Shown one piece after another: positions 51,451-59,757 of a stretch of DNA of 64,000 nt. Position numbers and translations under genes: made by a program. The DNA comes from a virus (taxonomy: Duplodnaviria; Caudoviricetes): positions 706 through 64,705 of the IMG/VR virus record IMGVR_UViG_3300037312_000542; one strand, written 5' to 3'. The notes beneath the pieces are model-generated. The model was not told the DNA's origin, made no database searches, and saw only the letters and a program-made list of their open reading frames with translations. Numbering within the stretch: the first letter of the stretch is position 1; every line of letters begins with the position of its first letter.

Positions 51451-52410
51451 CTAGTAAGGCGGCGGGCCTAGTACGGGGGCGGCGGTAGCGTGATCTGCTT
51501 CGGCGTCGAGGAACGCTTTGATGACTTCCGACGCGAGGACAGGTGAGATTGAATTCCCCGCAAGGCTCCATAGGTCACTTCGTCCCGCCATCCCATCAAC
51601 CAGCATGGGAATGCCGGGTTTGGCGCGCCGCGCTTTGCCGTCGTGACAGGTGATCCATTCGGCGTCTGCGTACCAGGAGCCGTTACGGAAGGAGTCGACG
51701 CCCTGTACATCTGCGCCGGTAGCGGCATTCCGCCCGCGCTGAACGATTGGTTCGGGCCACCTTTCTCCCCGTCCGTCGCCCGTGGCGTCGCCCACTGAGC
51801 GCCCCGCATCAAGCCGCCCATCAGCGGTTCGTCCTTCCGATCGCCGCTCCGACTGCTGTTGCCCGCCGCGCTGCTGGTAGGAGTCGGCCACTGCGATCCA
51901 GTAGAGTCGGTTCCGTTCGTGTGGCGCGTCGACCGCGCAAGCCGGGATATCGACTGTCCGGCTGGCGATTCCTTTTGTCGCCAGATCAGCGCGAACTCCG
52001 TCGAACCAACCATAGCCAGCCTTTTTCGCAACCTGCTCTCCCATGAGAACAGGAGGGAGGAATCCGCCGTCGCGGGCGGCACTGATGATTCGAAATAGGT
52101 CCGGCCACAAATGCCTTGGATCATCGGCACCGAGTTGTTTTCCGGCTCCGCTGTAGGGCTGACAGGGGCAAGAGGCGGTGAGCAATGGTCGACCGTCGGG
52201 CCATCCGGCATCGCGGGCTGCAACGGACCAGATTCCAGCGCCGGCAAAGAAGTGCCATTGCGTGTAGTCGCGGAGGTCATCAGCGGTCAGATCCTTGATT
52301 GAGCATTCGAGCACGTCACCGGACGCGATCGTTCCTTCGGCGATCAGTTGTCGCAACGCGGCGCACGCCTTCGCATCGATCTCGTTGTAAGCGGCGCGTC
52401 CTACCGGCAC
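51451..52410 (-). CDS. C5-cytosine DNA methyltransferase (alpha subunit)
   Basis: FFAGAG (I), SCPCQPYS (IV), EQV (VI), APHERNRLY (VIII), AGNSI (X); no motif IX. Confidence 0.88.
   Translation of the reverse strand: MPVGRAAYNEIDAKACAALRQLIAEGTIASGDVLECSIKDLTADDLRDYTQWHFFAGAGIWSVAARDAGWPDGRPLLTASCPCQPYSGAGKQLGADDPRHLWPDLFRIISAARDGGFLPPVLMGEQVAKKAGYGWFDGVRADLATKGIASRTVDIPACAVDAPHERNRLYWIAVADSYQQRGGQQQSERRSEGRTADGRLDAGRSVGDATGDGRGERWPEPIVQRGRNAATGADVQGVDSFRNGSWYADAEWITCHDGKARRAKPGIPMLVDGMAGRSDLWSLAGNSISPVLASEVIKAFLDAEADHATAAPVLGPPPY
51468..52280 (-). CDS. overprinted methyltransferase beta-subunit-like ORF
   Basis: 270-codon alternate frame inside the MTase with WPTP/WATP repeats and NPAFPCWLMGW motif-IX-like segment; true start uncertain. 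Confidence 0.65.
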   Translation of the reverse strand: MTSATTRNGTSLPALESGPLQPAMPDGPTVDHCSPPLAPVSPTAEPENNSVPMIQGICGRTYFESSVPPATADSSLLFSWESRLRKRLAMVGSTEFALIWRQKESPAGQSISRLARSTRHTNGTDSTGSQWPTPTSSAAGNSSRSGDRKDEPLMGGLMRGAQWATPRATDGEKGGPNQSFSAGGMPLPAQMYRASTPSVTAPGTQTPNGSPVTTAKRGAPNPAFPCWLMGWRDEVTYGALRGIQSHLSSRRKSSKRSSTPKQITLPPPPY

Positions 52411-52419
52411 CCGTGGTCC

Positions 52420-52515
52420 CTACGTATTCGAGAGCAGCGTCGCGCCGGTCACCATGGCGACGATCGCAACGATGGATATGAAAGCGGCGAGGGTGAGTTT
52501 GACGTCGTCGGTCAC
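52420..52515 (-). CDS. small membrane peptide
   Basis: MTDDVKLTLAAFISIVAIVAMVTGATLLSNT, GTGA coupling. Confidence 0.4.
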   Translation of the reverse strand: MTDDVKLTLAAFISIVAIVAMVTGATLLSNT

Positions 52516-52745
52516 AACGGCCACTCCACATAAGACGGCGACCATCCGAGCCGCGCATCGGCTGCCGCCCGAACATCGTCGGGCAATTCGTCACCCGCGA
52601 CCGACCCCTGGCGCATGTCCCAGTTCGGCTGTGCCGGGTTCACTTCGCACCAGCGGTAATTGCCGGGTTCGCCCATGACCGCGCGGACGTACCGGCGGTG
52701 CGCGATGGCGGGGTCGTAGCGTTTGGCTGTGTAGGTGACGATCAT
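52512..52745 (-). CDS. hypothetical protein
   Basis: 77 aa, coupled. Confidence 0.55.
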   Translation of the reverse strand: MIVTYTAKRYDPAIAHRRYVRAVMGEPGNYRWCEVNPAQPNWDMRQGSVAGDELPDDVRAAADARLGWSPSYVEWPL

Positions 52746-52990
52746 TCGGCCGCATCTGCGCGAGACGCTGCGATCATGGCGTCGGCCAGTTCAAGCGCCA
52801 ACGGCACCACTTGACGCCACGGTACGTCAGCGCGATGCCGGGCGATAAGTGCAGGTAGCGCCGCTGCAGCGAAGTAATCGCGCTTGGTGAGACCGGACGA
52901 CACGTCCTGACCGTATCCGTTCGTCACCGGGTTTATTGCGTTGTCCGCGCTCAGGGGGAACGCTGGCCCGCCGTTGTCGATCTTGCTCAT
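52742..52990 (-). CDS. conserved phage hypothetical protein
   Basis: DNGGPAFP...GLTKRDYFAAAAL. Confidence 0.7.
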   Translation of the reverse strand: MSKIDNGGPAFPLSADNAINPVTNGYGQDVSSGLTKRDYFAAAALPALIARHRADVPWRQVVPLALELADAMIAASRADAAE

Positions 52991-53021
52991 GTCCGCTCCA
53001 TGGGTGGATGCTACAGTCGCA

Positions 53022-53050
53022 ACCTTACTACATCAGAACAGTTTGTCAAC
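53022..53050 (-). promoter_or_regulatory. motif promoter 17
   Basis: GTTGACAAAC...GTAG-TAAGGT. Confidence 0.75.
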
Positions 53051-53052
53051 GC

Positions 53053-55692
53053 TTAAAGTCGCGGCAACGGCGGCAACCCCACTGCGCTATTCGGTACGCT
53101 TCCTCCCGCCGCACCCGTGCCCGGCACCATCCGCATCTCGATCGGCCCGTTGACCTGCGGTTGCGCCGGCGCGAGACGGACGCATTCCTGCAGCTTGTTA
53201 TTCGGATGGCGCACCCATACGCGACACTTGCGGCCGTCGGTCGGGATGACCAGGTTCTCCGCTCGCCAGCCCATCTTGTCCATAAACCCGGAATAGCGGG
53301 CGAAATGCCCTGCCATCTTGAGCGCGCGCGTGATGTCGGACGCGGTGATATAGTAGGAGCCGGGCGGACGGTCGAACCATTCGTAACAAAGTTCCTCGAC
53401 CGGCGTCATTGACCGCGCGGCTTCCTGGTGCCGCTTCGTCTCGGCGTAGACTTCCTTGGGGATGGCGAACGACTCGCCCGTCGCCTCGCGCGCCGCGGCC
53501 TCGCCGATGATCTGCTCGACGTTTGCACGCAGCCAATCGAGGTTCACTTCGCCGTTGATATGCACCGGGTTGAACCGGCGGTTGCCCGTGGAATCGGCGA
53601 GCGGGCGCTTATCGTTACTGGTGCCGATAAACACGCAGCGCCTTGGATGCGTTGTCGCGAACGCCTCATATTTCTTGGTGTAGTTGTCGGACGTCGCCGA
53701 CATGAAATTCTTGATGTCCTCGACTTCGGTTTTCTTCATGCCGGCGAGTTCGGACAGTTCGATGACCCATTTGCCCGCGAGTTGCGGGATGGAGTTTTGC
53801 TGCGACCCGCCGAACTTGAAGCTGTCCGTGTGCCATTCGTCATCGAGCGCGAGGATCTTGGTCAAGGTGGACTTGCCGGTGCCCTGTTCGGGCGAGATGA
53901 AAATCACGGTTTCGGTCTGCACGCAGCCGGGATGCCGCGCGCGCCGCACCATGCCGCCGATCAGATTGCGCCCGACCGCGACGTGATACGCATCGGCCGG
54001 CACGCCGCACGCGTAAGACATCCAATTGTCGAGACGCGGCACGCGGTCCCATTTGTCGGCGAGCGAGTCCAGTCGATCGAGCAGGGGGTCGTACATGACG
54101 CGACGCGCGCTACTGATGAGACCGCGACGGAAGCGGCCTTCGGACGGGTGATAGTTGAAATGGCTGTTCTCGGCATCCATCAATAGGTCGCCGAAGACGT
54201 GGTCGGACAGTTGCAGGAATGCATTCTTATCGGCGTCCGACACCTCCGCATAATCGCGCCATGTGTTCCAGCGCAGCTTGACTCCCCGCTGACGAATGAA
54301 AACGTGGACGTTGTCGGAATTCTCCGCCGCCGGGTTGCCCTTGCTGTCCAGGATGAAGCCGGCCGCGGTATTGTGCTCGACGCGCACGCGCCATTCGAAA
54401 TTCTTGATCGCGGAGTCGAGCGACCCGACAGAGATGACGCCGCCGCACGCGATGATCCGCTGGCACAAGTGCTCGCACACCGTCGGGTGCATGGCGTTCA
54501 GGACAGCGAGGGCGGGCAGCACGCGCGTTTGCCGGAAGCCCTTGGACCCTTCCTCCGCCATTGCCATGATACGCTCGATCGCGGTGCGCATCTGTTCGTA
54601 AAGCGGGTGATCCGAATTCGATTCCGGCAGCGTCGGGTAGTCGGACGCGCGCGGCGACAAGGGCGCATCCGTGGTGCCGGCGAGGAAGTTGTCCAGGATC
54701 GGCTGCCCGAGCGCGGCAACGGTGCGCTGCGTATCGAGCAGCGGCATTGCTTGCCCGGCGGATGACAGCGACGCACCGGCGGCCTGTGCCAGTTGCGCGA
54801 CCGTGTCGGCGACATTGCCGAACATGGATTGGGTGGACTTGCGAATTTGCCCGGTCCAGCCCATTTGCCGGGCGCGTTGCATCAGCGAGCCGAGCGTCTG
54901 CGAATCGGCGGTCGCATCACTGGCGAACGATTCCCACTTTTGCTGCTCGATATCGGGCGTCACAGTGTCGTCGTGGGTCATTTCCCACAACGGCAGCCCG
55001 GCGTCGCCATACTCGACCTTGGCGATCATCCCCGCGGCGAGCCAGTCTTCGTATGCGGCAAACGCATCATGCTGCACCATCCAGCGATACAGCGATGTCA
55101 CGTCGGCGAAATCGAACGTGCCGACCTTGGCGGCGGATTGGGTTGGCGCGCGCCGGGAACAGTGTTCGACAAGCGCAGCGGGGGCCGGGTGCGGTGCGCC
55201 GACACCGGGCATCAGGAGATAGGGATGCCCTTCGAACGCGCTCCCCGCCGTGACCGTGTAACCTATGCACCGGATGTTGATGCGCTTCTTTACGGCGTCC
55301 GGCTGACGCAACGACGCGGCGTCGACGCCTTCCGGAATGCGACAGTAGACGTGCCATCCGCCGGACGGGCTCTGGCAGTGAGGCGCGAGCGGTGCGTCCA
55401 GTCCCCACGACTTGCATACCTCCGCCCATAACGCCCATGCTTCCGCGCGCCCGTTCTCGCCCTTGGTGTCGATGTCGACGATGATCAATCCGGATGCGAA
55501 AGCGACGATTCCAAAATTGCAGCCGGGATGCGCTTCGGCCCAGCGGGACCATTGCGCTGGATCTCGCGACCAGTCGTGTTTGAAACTGGAAATGATTCCG
55601 GTCGGCGCTTTGCTGCCCGCGGGAATCGGGAATAACGCCGCGCCGATGCGTGCGTAGTAGTCCAGTGCGGAGGCGAGTGCGGGTTCGGTCAA
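53053..55692 (-). CDS. bifunctional primase-polymerase / PriCT-2 / VirE(VapE)-type helicase
   Basis: NFGI, IVDID, SPSGGWHVY (Prim-Pol); YEDWLAAGM (PriCT-2); EQGTGKST, ELSEL, GNRRF (VapE). Confidence 0.9.
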   Translation of the reverse strand: MTEPALASALDYYARIGAALFPIPAGSKAPTGIISSFKHDWSRDPAQWSRWAEAHPGCNFGIVAFASGLIIVDIDTKGENGRAEAWALWAEVCKSWGLDAPLAPHCQSPSGGWHVYCRIPEGVDAASLRQPDAVKKRINIRCIGYTVTAGSAFEGHPYLLMPGVGAPHPAPAALVEHCSRRAPTQSAAKVGTFDFADVTSLYRWMVQHDAFAAYEDWLAAGMIAKVEYGDAGLPLWEMTHDDTVTPDIEQQKWESFASDATADSQTLGSLMQRARQMGWTGQIRKSTQSMFGNVADTVAQLAQAAGASLSSAGQAMPLLDTQRTVAALGQPILDNFLAGTTDAPLSPRASDYPTLPESNSDHPLYEQMRTAIERIMAMAEEGSKGFRQTRVLPALAVLNAMHPTVCEHLCQRIIACGGVISVGSLDSAIKNFEWRVRVEHNTAAGFILDSKGNPAAENSDNVHVFIRQRGVKLRWNTWRDYAEVSDADKNAFLQLSDHVFGDLLMDAENSHFNYHPSEGRFRRGLISSARRVMYDPLLDRLDSLADKWDRVPRLDNWMSYACGVPADAYHVAVGRNLIGGMVRRARHPGCVQTETVIFISPEQGTGKSTLTKILALDDEWHTDSFKFGGSQQNSIPQLAGKWVIELSELAGMKKTEVEDIKNFMSATSDNYTKKYEAFATTHPRRCVFIGTSNDKRPLADSTGNRRFNPVHINGEVNLDWLRANVEQIIGEAAAREATGESFAIPKEVYAETKRHQEAARSMTPVEELCYEWFDRPPGSYYITASDITRALKMAGHFARYSGFMDKMGWRAENLVIPTDGRKCRVWVRHPNNKLQECVRLAPAQPQVNGPIEMRMVPGTGAAGGSVPNSAVGLPPLPRL

Positions 55693-56177
55693 GCGGCTAC
55701 CATCAGGGTTCCAAGTCCACGCATTTTTGCATTCACAAGTGCATCGACCGCTAAATTACCGGCAGCCAATAGGCACGTTCCTTGCGCCGGTGACGTCCCT
55801 GGTTTGCCGTCTGCACCGATGAATTTGAGCTTAGGAGCGACAAACAAGATTGCGTCTGCACGAGACGCGAATTGTTGCCACCACGGCGCAGAGGTGCGGT
55901 CCGGCACTAGAGCAACCCCATTGCCGTGATCGAAGAACTTTTGCAGCCACGGTACGAGACCGTTCCGCGCGCCAAAGGGTGGGTTCATCCATACGAAACC
56001 GCGCCACGTCGCGTTTAATGCATTTGCGCACCAAAACTCTTCCGCCGGAATCCATGGTGTGACTTCGGCACCGGGACTAGCAACGTCAAGATCGAAACGA
56101 GTGTTGAGCGCGTCGAAAACATGAGGTGGCGTATACCACTCGTCGGTTGCACCGACGCATTGTTCATGAAGCGCCAT
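55689..56177 (-). CDS. phage N6-adenine methyltransferase (Dam-like)
   Basis: DEWYTP, FDLDVAS, WMNPPF. Confidence 0.85.
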   Translation of the reverse strand: MALHEQCVGATDEWYTPPHVFDALNTRFDLDVASPGAEVTPWIPAEEFWCANALNATWRGFVWMNPPFGARNGLVPWLQKFFDHGNGVALVPDRTSAPWWQQFASRADAILFVAPKLKFIGADGKPGTSPAQGTCLLAAGNLAVDALVNAKMRGLGTLMVAA

Positions 56178-56794
56178 TATGCAGCCGCCCTGTAACGTGC
56201 GACTGCGGCGTTCCAGCGAAGCAGGCGCGCAAATGGATGCGGCGCGTCAAACTTGCCGTGCTCGTTGCCCCATCCGTCGAACCCGTCGCGACGTTCGCGA
56301 CTGAACAAATCGCACCTACGACGCCCCGGCGTGCGCTCGCGCAGCAGGTCATAGAATGAGTCAGGCTTGCGGCTGTGCTCGCGTCGAACGCCATCGAACA
56401 GCGACGGGAACGCCTTGTCGAGTTTCGGTTTGCCGCGAGTGAAAATCAAGACATCCTCGTGCATCGTGCGGACCCAATAGCCCGGCCCCATGGCTTGCTT
56501 GCCGCTCGGAAACACCTTGCGCCATGCGGTGCGGCTGACGTACTTCGGAAAGCCCCAGCCCTTCGCCACCTCCCACCCGTCGAACAGCATCGGCGCGGAT
56601 GTCCAAAGCAAGAGGATGCAGTCGGGAGCGGCGAGCGACTCGACGGGCAACGCGGTAACGTCGGCAGTGGTCATCAAGTCGTAATAACGAGCCGGGGACT
56701 TGATGAGGTTCACGTTGCTACGCAGTTTGAACTGCCACGGCGGGTCCGCCACGATCACGCCATACGGCGGATTGAGGGTCGCGAAAGTGTTCAC
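56177..56794 (-). CDS. MT-A70 family adenine methyltransferase
   Basis: ADPPW, LLLWT, WGF, REHSRKP, LFSRE. Confidence 0.88.
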   Translation of the reverse strand: MNTFATLNPPYGVIVADPPWQFKLRSNVNLIKSPARYYDLMTTADVTALPVESLAAPDCILLLWTSAPMLFDGWEVAKGWGFPKYVSRTAWRKVFPSGKQAMGPGYWVRTMHEDVLIFTRGKPKLDKAFPSLFDGVRREHSRKPDSFYDLLRERTPGRRRCDLFSRERRDGFDGWGNEHGKFDAPHPFARLLRWNAAVARYRAAA

Positions 56795-57582
56795 GCCGCA
56801 TACTCCCTAACCCGCGCATTCCACTCGACCACGCGCCGGAACGCGGCGAGGTCAATCACCGGGCGCGGCGGACGCGCCTCGGCGATGCGTTTGGATGCGA
56901 TCTGAAAATAACTGGCGTCGCGTTCGATACCGATAAAACGTCGACCCGACTGGACCGCTGCAACGCCCGTGGTCCCGCTGCCCATCGTATTGTCCAGAAC
57001 CAGGTCGCCGGGGTTGGTGTACGTGCGGATCAAGTACTCCATGAGGGCGACGGGTTTTTGAGTGGGGTGGAATCCTCGGTCCTGATTGAATTCTAACGTG
57101 CAGATCGGGTAGCGTTCGCCGTTGCTTTCCGAAACATGGTTCTCGTCCATTGCGCCGTAGTTGCTGGACTTGATTCCTTGGCGCGACTTGTAGGGCTTGA
57201 ACCCTTGTCGCATTTGCGGATTGTATGTCGGCAAATTTCGATAGAACACGAGCGCGTTCTCGACGTTCTTCATCGGCATCTTTTTGGCATTCAGAAAGCC
57301 GGTCGCGTTGGGCTTAATCCAAAACCATTCATATTTTAGGAATTCGAGACACGACGCACCGAGCGCCTTATCGAACGGGCACTGCGCCGTCAGCACCACA
57401 GCGCCGTTCGATTTTAGCACGCGCCAATACTGCTCCCACAACGCATCCAGTGGAATCATGCTGCCCCACTTGTTCTGCGTCGTCCCATACGGCAAGTCGC
57501 AAAGGACCATATCGACCGACCCGGCGGGCAACTTTGCCATTTCGGCGAGGCATTCGCCGTGTATCAATCGGACCTGCTGCAT
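56791..57582 (-). CDS. N6-adenine/N4-cytosine DNA methyltransferase (beta class)
   Basis: DLPYG, HPTQKP, VLDNTMGSGTT. Confidence 0.9.
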   Translation of the reverse strand: MQQVRLIHGECLAEMAKLPAGSVDMVLCDLPYGTTQNKWGSMIPLDALWEQYWRVLKSNGAVVLTAQCPFDKALGASCLEFLKYEWFWIKPNATGFLNAKKMPMKNVENALVFYRNLPTYNPQMRQGFKPYKSRQGIKSSNYGAMDENHVSESNGERYPICTLEFNQDRGFHPTQKPVALMEYLIRTYTNPGDLVLDNTMGSGTTGVAAVQSGRRFIGIERDASYFQIASKRIAEARPPRPVIDLAAFRRVVEWNARVREYAA

Positions 57583-57583
57583 A

Positions 57584-57802
57584 TCAATACGGCGGCGGGC
57601 AAAGAGGAACAGGCGTTTCACTTCTACTCGGCGGTGCCAGCCGCACCTGCTTGGGACCATGCAGCCGCATCGCCTTGGCGACCGCCTCGGACGGCGTCGA
57701 CGCGAATTCATAGGGTGACTGCTCGCCACCTTCGAACCGAACGGAAGCGTTGAAACCGGTGTGGACGTTGGTGATCATGATTCCCTTGACGCGGTCGAGC
57801 AT
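57584..57802 (-). CDS. small protein ending PPPY (paralog 1)
   Basis: GFNASV...TPSEAVAKAM...CPPPY. Confidence 0.55.
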   Translation of the reverse strand: MLDRVKGIMITNVHTGFNASVRFEGGEQSPYEFASTPSEAVAKAMRLHGPKQVRLAPPSRSETPVPLCPPPY

Positions 57803-57810
57803 GGCGGGGC

Positions 57811-58065
57811 TCAGTAGGGCGGCGGTGCTAGTGGCCGGGGTAGGTCGAATGCGGCACGAACCGCAGCTTCCGGCGTCGGTTCGATGCAGACGTGCCACGC
57901 GGAAACGTCGCTGATGGACACCGACGCCTGCCAGCCCTCGGCGGTTTCAAACAGCGTGAAATGCTGGAATTGTTGGGTGTCGAGCAGGGCGAGTGCGCCA
58001 CTCGTAGGAACCGGGGTGGCAGATGCGAACGCGAGTGCGCTTACGATGGGCGGTGATGTCTGCAT
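57811..58065 (-). CDS. small protein ending PPPY (paralog 2)
   Basis: GWQASV...TPEAAVRAAF...APPPY; first gene after motif promoter. Confidence 0.6.
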   Translation of the reverse strand: MQTSPPIVSALAFASATPVPTSGALALLDTQQFQHFTLFETAEGWQASVSISDVSAWHVCIEPTPEAAVRAAFDLPRPLAPPPY

Positions 58066-58073
58066 GGCCTGCG

Positions 58074-58102
58074 ACTTTACTACGTTTTGACGGTTTGTCA
58101 AC
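58074..58102 (-). promoter_or_regulatory. motif promoter 18 (MTase/primase operon)
   Basis: GTTGACAAAC...GTAG-TAAAGT. Confidence 0.75.
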
Positions 58103-58152
58103 GTAGTTGTGCGCACCGCTACACCTAGCGCCACGCCAGCCCTCGCGCTACC

Positions 58153-58548
58153 TTACTTAGCGCGTTTCGGCAGCGGGGCGAGGTGAGGGCGCCATTCGAG
58201 GCCGTCCCGTTTCAACTCTTGCGACAGGCGCGTGTGCAACCCCAACTGCACATCGATGCCCATGGCACCAAGCCCGCGGACCGTCTCGGCGATCTCGCGC
58301 GCCTCTGAAATAGGCATATCAGGCCACTCGCCGATCTTGACGTGCATTCGGGTTTGAATGCCAGGGATCCGGTATTCGACGCTGAATGCGACTTGCCCTT
58401 CCGGATAGATGTTCAGGCGCAGCCCTGGTGCGAGCGGGTCGGACAGACGCTGTCGGACCTTCAGTTTCCGCGCGTCCTTCATCGACGCCTCGATCAGGCT
58501 GTCCGTTAGTTGCGTCTGCGCGGTAGCGGCGGGTTTCTTAGGACTCAT
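58153..58548 (-). CDS. stand-alone integrase arm-type DNA-binding domain protein (paralog 2)
   Basis: SD..APGLRL...FSVEYR...KIGEWPDMPISEARE...GIDV; no catalytic domain. Confidence 0.8.
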   Translation of the reverse strand: MSPKKPAATAQTQLTDSLIEASMKDARKLKVRQRLSDPLAPGLRLNIYPEGQVAFSVEYRIPGIQTRMHVKIGEWPDMPISEAREIAETVRGLGAMGIDVQLGLHTRLSQELKRDGLEWRPHLAPLPKRAK

Positions 58549-58964
58549 GGCTTCGGTGCCATCCCGCCGCGCCACATTATGCCGTCGCGTTTCAATTCTG
58601 CAATCAGCCGATCCATCAATCCATCCTGCACGTCCATGCCCTTTTCGCCAAGGTGCCGGATGACGCGTGCCAGTTCGCGCGCTTCGGTGATCGTCATGAC
58701 CGGATGCTTTCCGATCGTGATATGCGGGCGCCCGTCACGTCCCTGGACCTTGTATTCGACAATATACGCCCAATGACCACTCTTGAAAACATTGGCGCGG
58801 AGTCCCGGCTGAATGTCGTCGGACACAACGATTCGATTGTTCGCGATCTTCTCGCCGTATTTGCCCTTCGCCATGTCATCCACAATTTTCTGCAACGTAA
58901 TCACGTTGAACTTGGACGGCTTGGCTACGGTCGTAGTCTTGGGAATAGGGACCCGCTTACGCAT
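58545..58964 (-). CDS. stand-alone integrase arm-type DNA-binding domain protein (paralog 1)
   Basis: SD..QPGLRA...YIVEYK...TIGKHPVMTITEARE...GMDV; no catalytic domain. Confidence 0.8.
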   Translation of the reverse strand: MRKRVPIPKTTTVAKPSKFNVITLQKIVDDMAKGKYGEKIANNRIVVSDDIQPGLRANVFKSGHWAYIVEYKVQGRDGRPHITIGKHPVMTITEARELARVIRHLGEKGMDVQDGLMDRLIAELKRDGIMWRGGMAPKP

Positions 58965-59007
58965 TTTACTCGCCTCCTGTTATACCTTTTGCGTAGAATC
59001 AAGGACT

Positions 59008-59036
59008 TCCTTACTGCAAGCGTGTTGTTTGTCAAC
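59008..59036 (-). promoter_or_regulatory. motif promoter 19 (leftward, arm-domain genes)
   Basis: GTTGACAAAC...GCAG-TAAGGA. Confidence 0.7.
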
Positions 59037-59088
59037 GATTATTTTTGTTGAGGGCGGCGGGAACGAATTTGAGTGACGCTATTTCGTC

Positions 59089-59117
59089 GTTGACAAACGG
59101 TGAAACCGTAGTAAGGT
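59089..59117 (+). promoter_or_regulatory. motif promoter 20 (rightward, divergent from 19)
   Basis: GTTGACAAAC...GTAG-TAAGGT. Confidence 0.75.
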
Positions 59118-59153
59118 CGCATCGTTTCCAACCCATGCATGAGGTTAACTATC

Positions 59154-59741
59154 GTGACATTTACCGTGAAGATCGCACTGCAGCCCTTCGAAGTGGCATT
59201 CGAAGCGGGCTCCATCGCCGAAGCGGTTGCCATCCTGACCGAACCCGACAACGAACTGTCCAAACTGGCGGCACTCGCCAACGGCACCGCGATGGAAGAC
59301 GCCGCGGAGGACGAACCGGCCGCCACGGACGCGCCCAAGGCCAAGCGCGGTCGCAAGTCGAAGCAAACCGTGGAAGCGGTCGCACCGCCGCCGATGCCGG
59401 TTCCCGACGCCGCCCCGCCTGCACCCGCACCGGCTCCGGTCCCGGCCGAGACCGCGACGTTGGCACCGCCGCCACCCGTGGTTGCTGCCCCGCCGCCGCC
59501 AGCGCCCGTTGCACCGGCTCCGGTCGCCGCTACCCCGCCCGGCGTGCTCGCGCCCAAGGTCGTCGCCGAACTGAACCGGCGCAAGGAAGGGCAGCCGGAC
59601 AACGGCGCGGGCCTGATCGCGTGGCTCGCCGGCGCGGGGCTGGTCGTCCCGACCGCGACGTGGGACGAAGCGCTGCTCTGCATCCAGTTCCTCGACGACG
59701 CCAAGCTGGGTCCGGTCGCACAAGGTTTGCAAATCGCCTAA
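59154..59741 (+). CDS. Pro/Ala-rich hypothetical protein
   Basis: First rightward gene; central PAPAP low-complexity linker. Confidence 0.65.
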   Translation: MTFTVKIALQPFEVAFEAGSIAEAVAILTEPDNELSKLAALANGTAMEDAAEDEPAATDAPKAKRGRKSKQTVEAVAPPPMPVPDAAPPAPAPAPVPAETATLAPPPPVVAAPPPPAPVAPAPVAATPPGVLAPKVVAELNRRKEGQPDNGAGLIAWLAGAGLVVPTATWDEALLCIQFLDDAKLGPVAQGLQIA

Positions 59742-59757
59742 CGCTTTCTAGAAGGCG

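Noticed and set aside
55689-57582. Restriction-modification system
   Set aside because: No cognate restriction endonuclease next to any methyltransferase; HNH, GIY-YIG and VRR-NUC genes are elsewhere and have other typical roles
29251-57825. PPPY as a eukaryotic WW-binding late domain implying a eukaryotic host
   Set aside because: All core genes are bacteriophage-type and the tagged proteins are predicted cytoplasmic; the motif is kept as an unexplained tag instead
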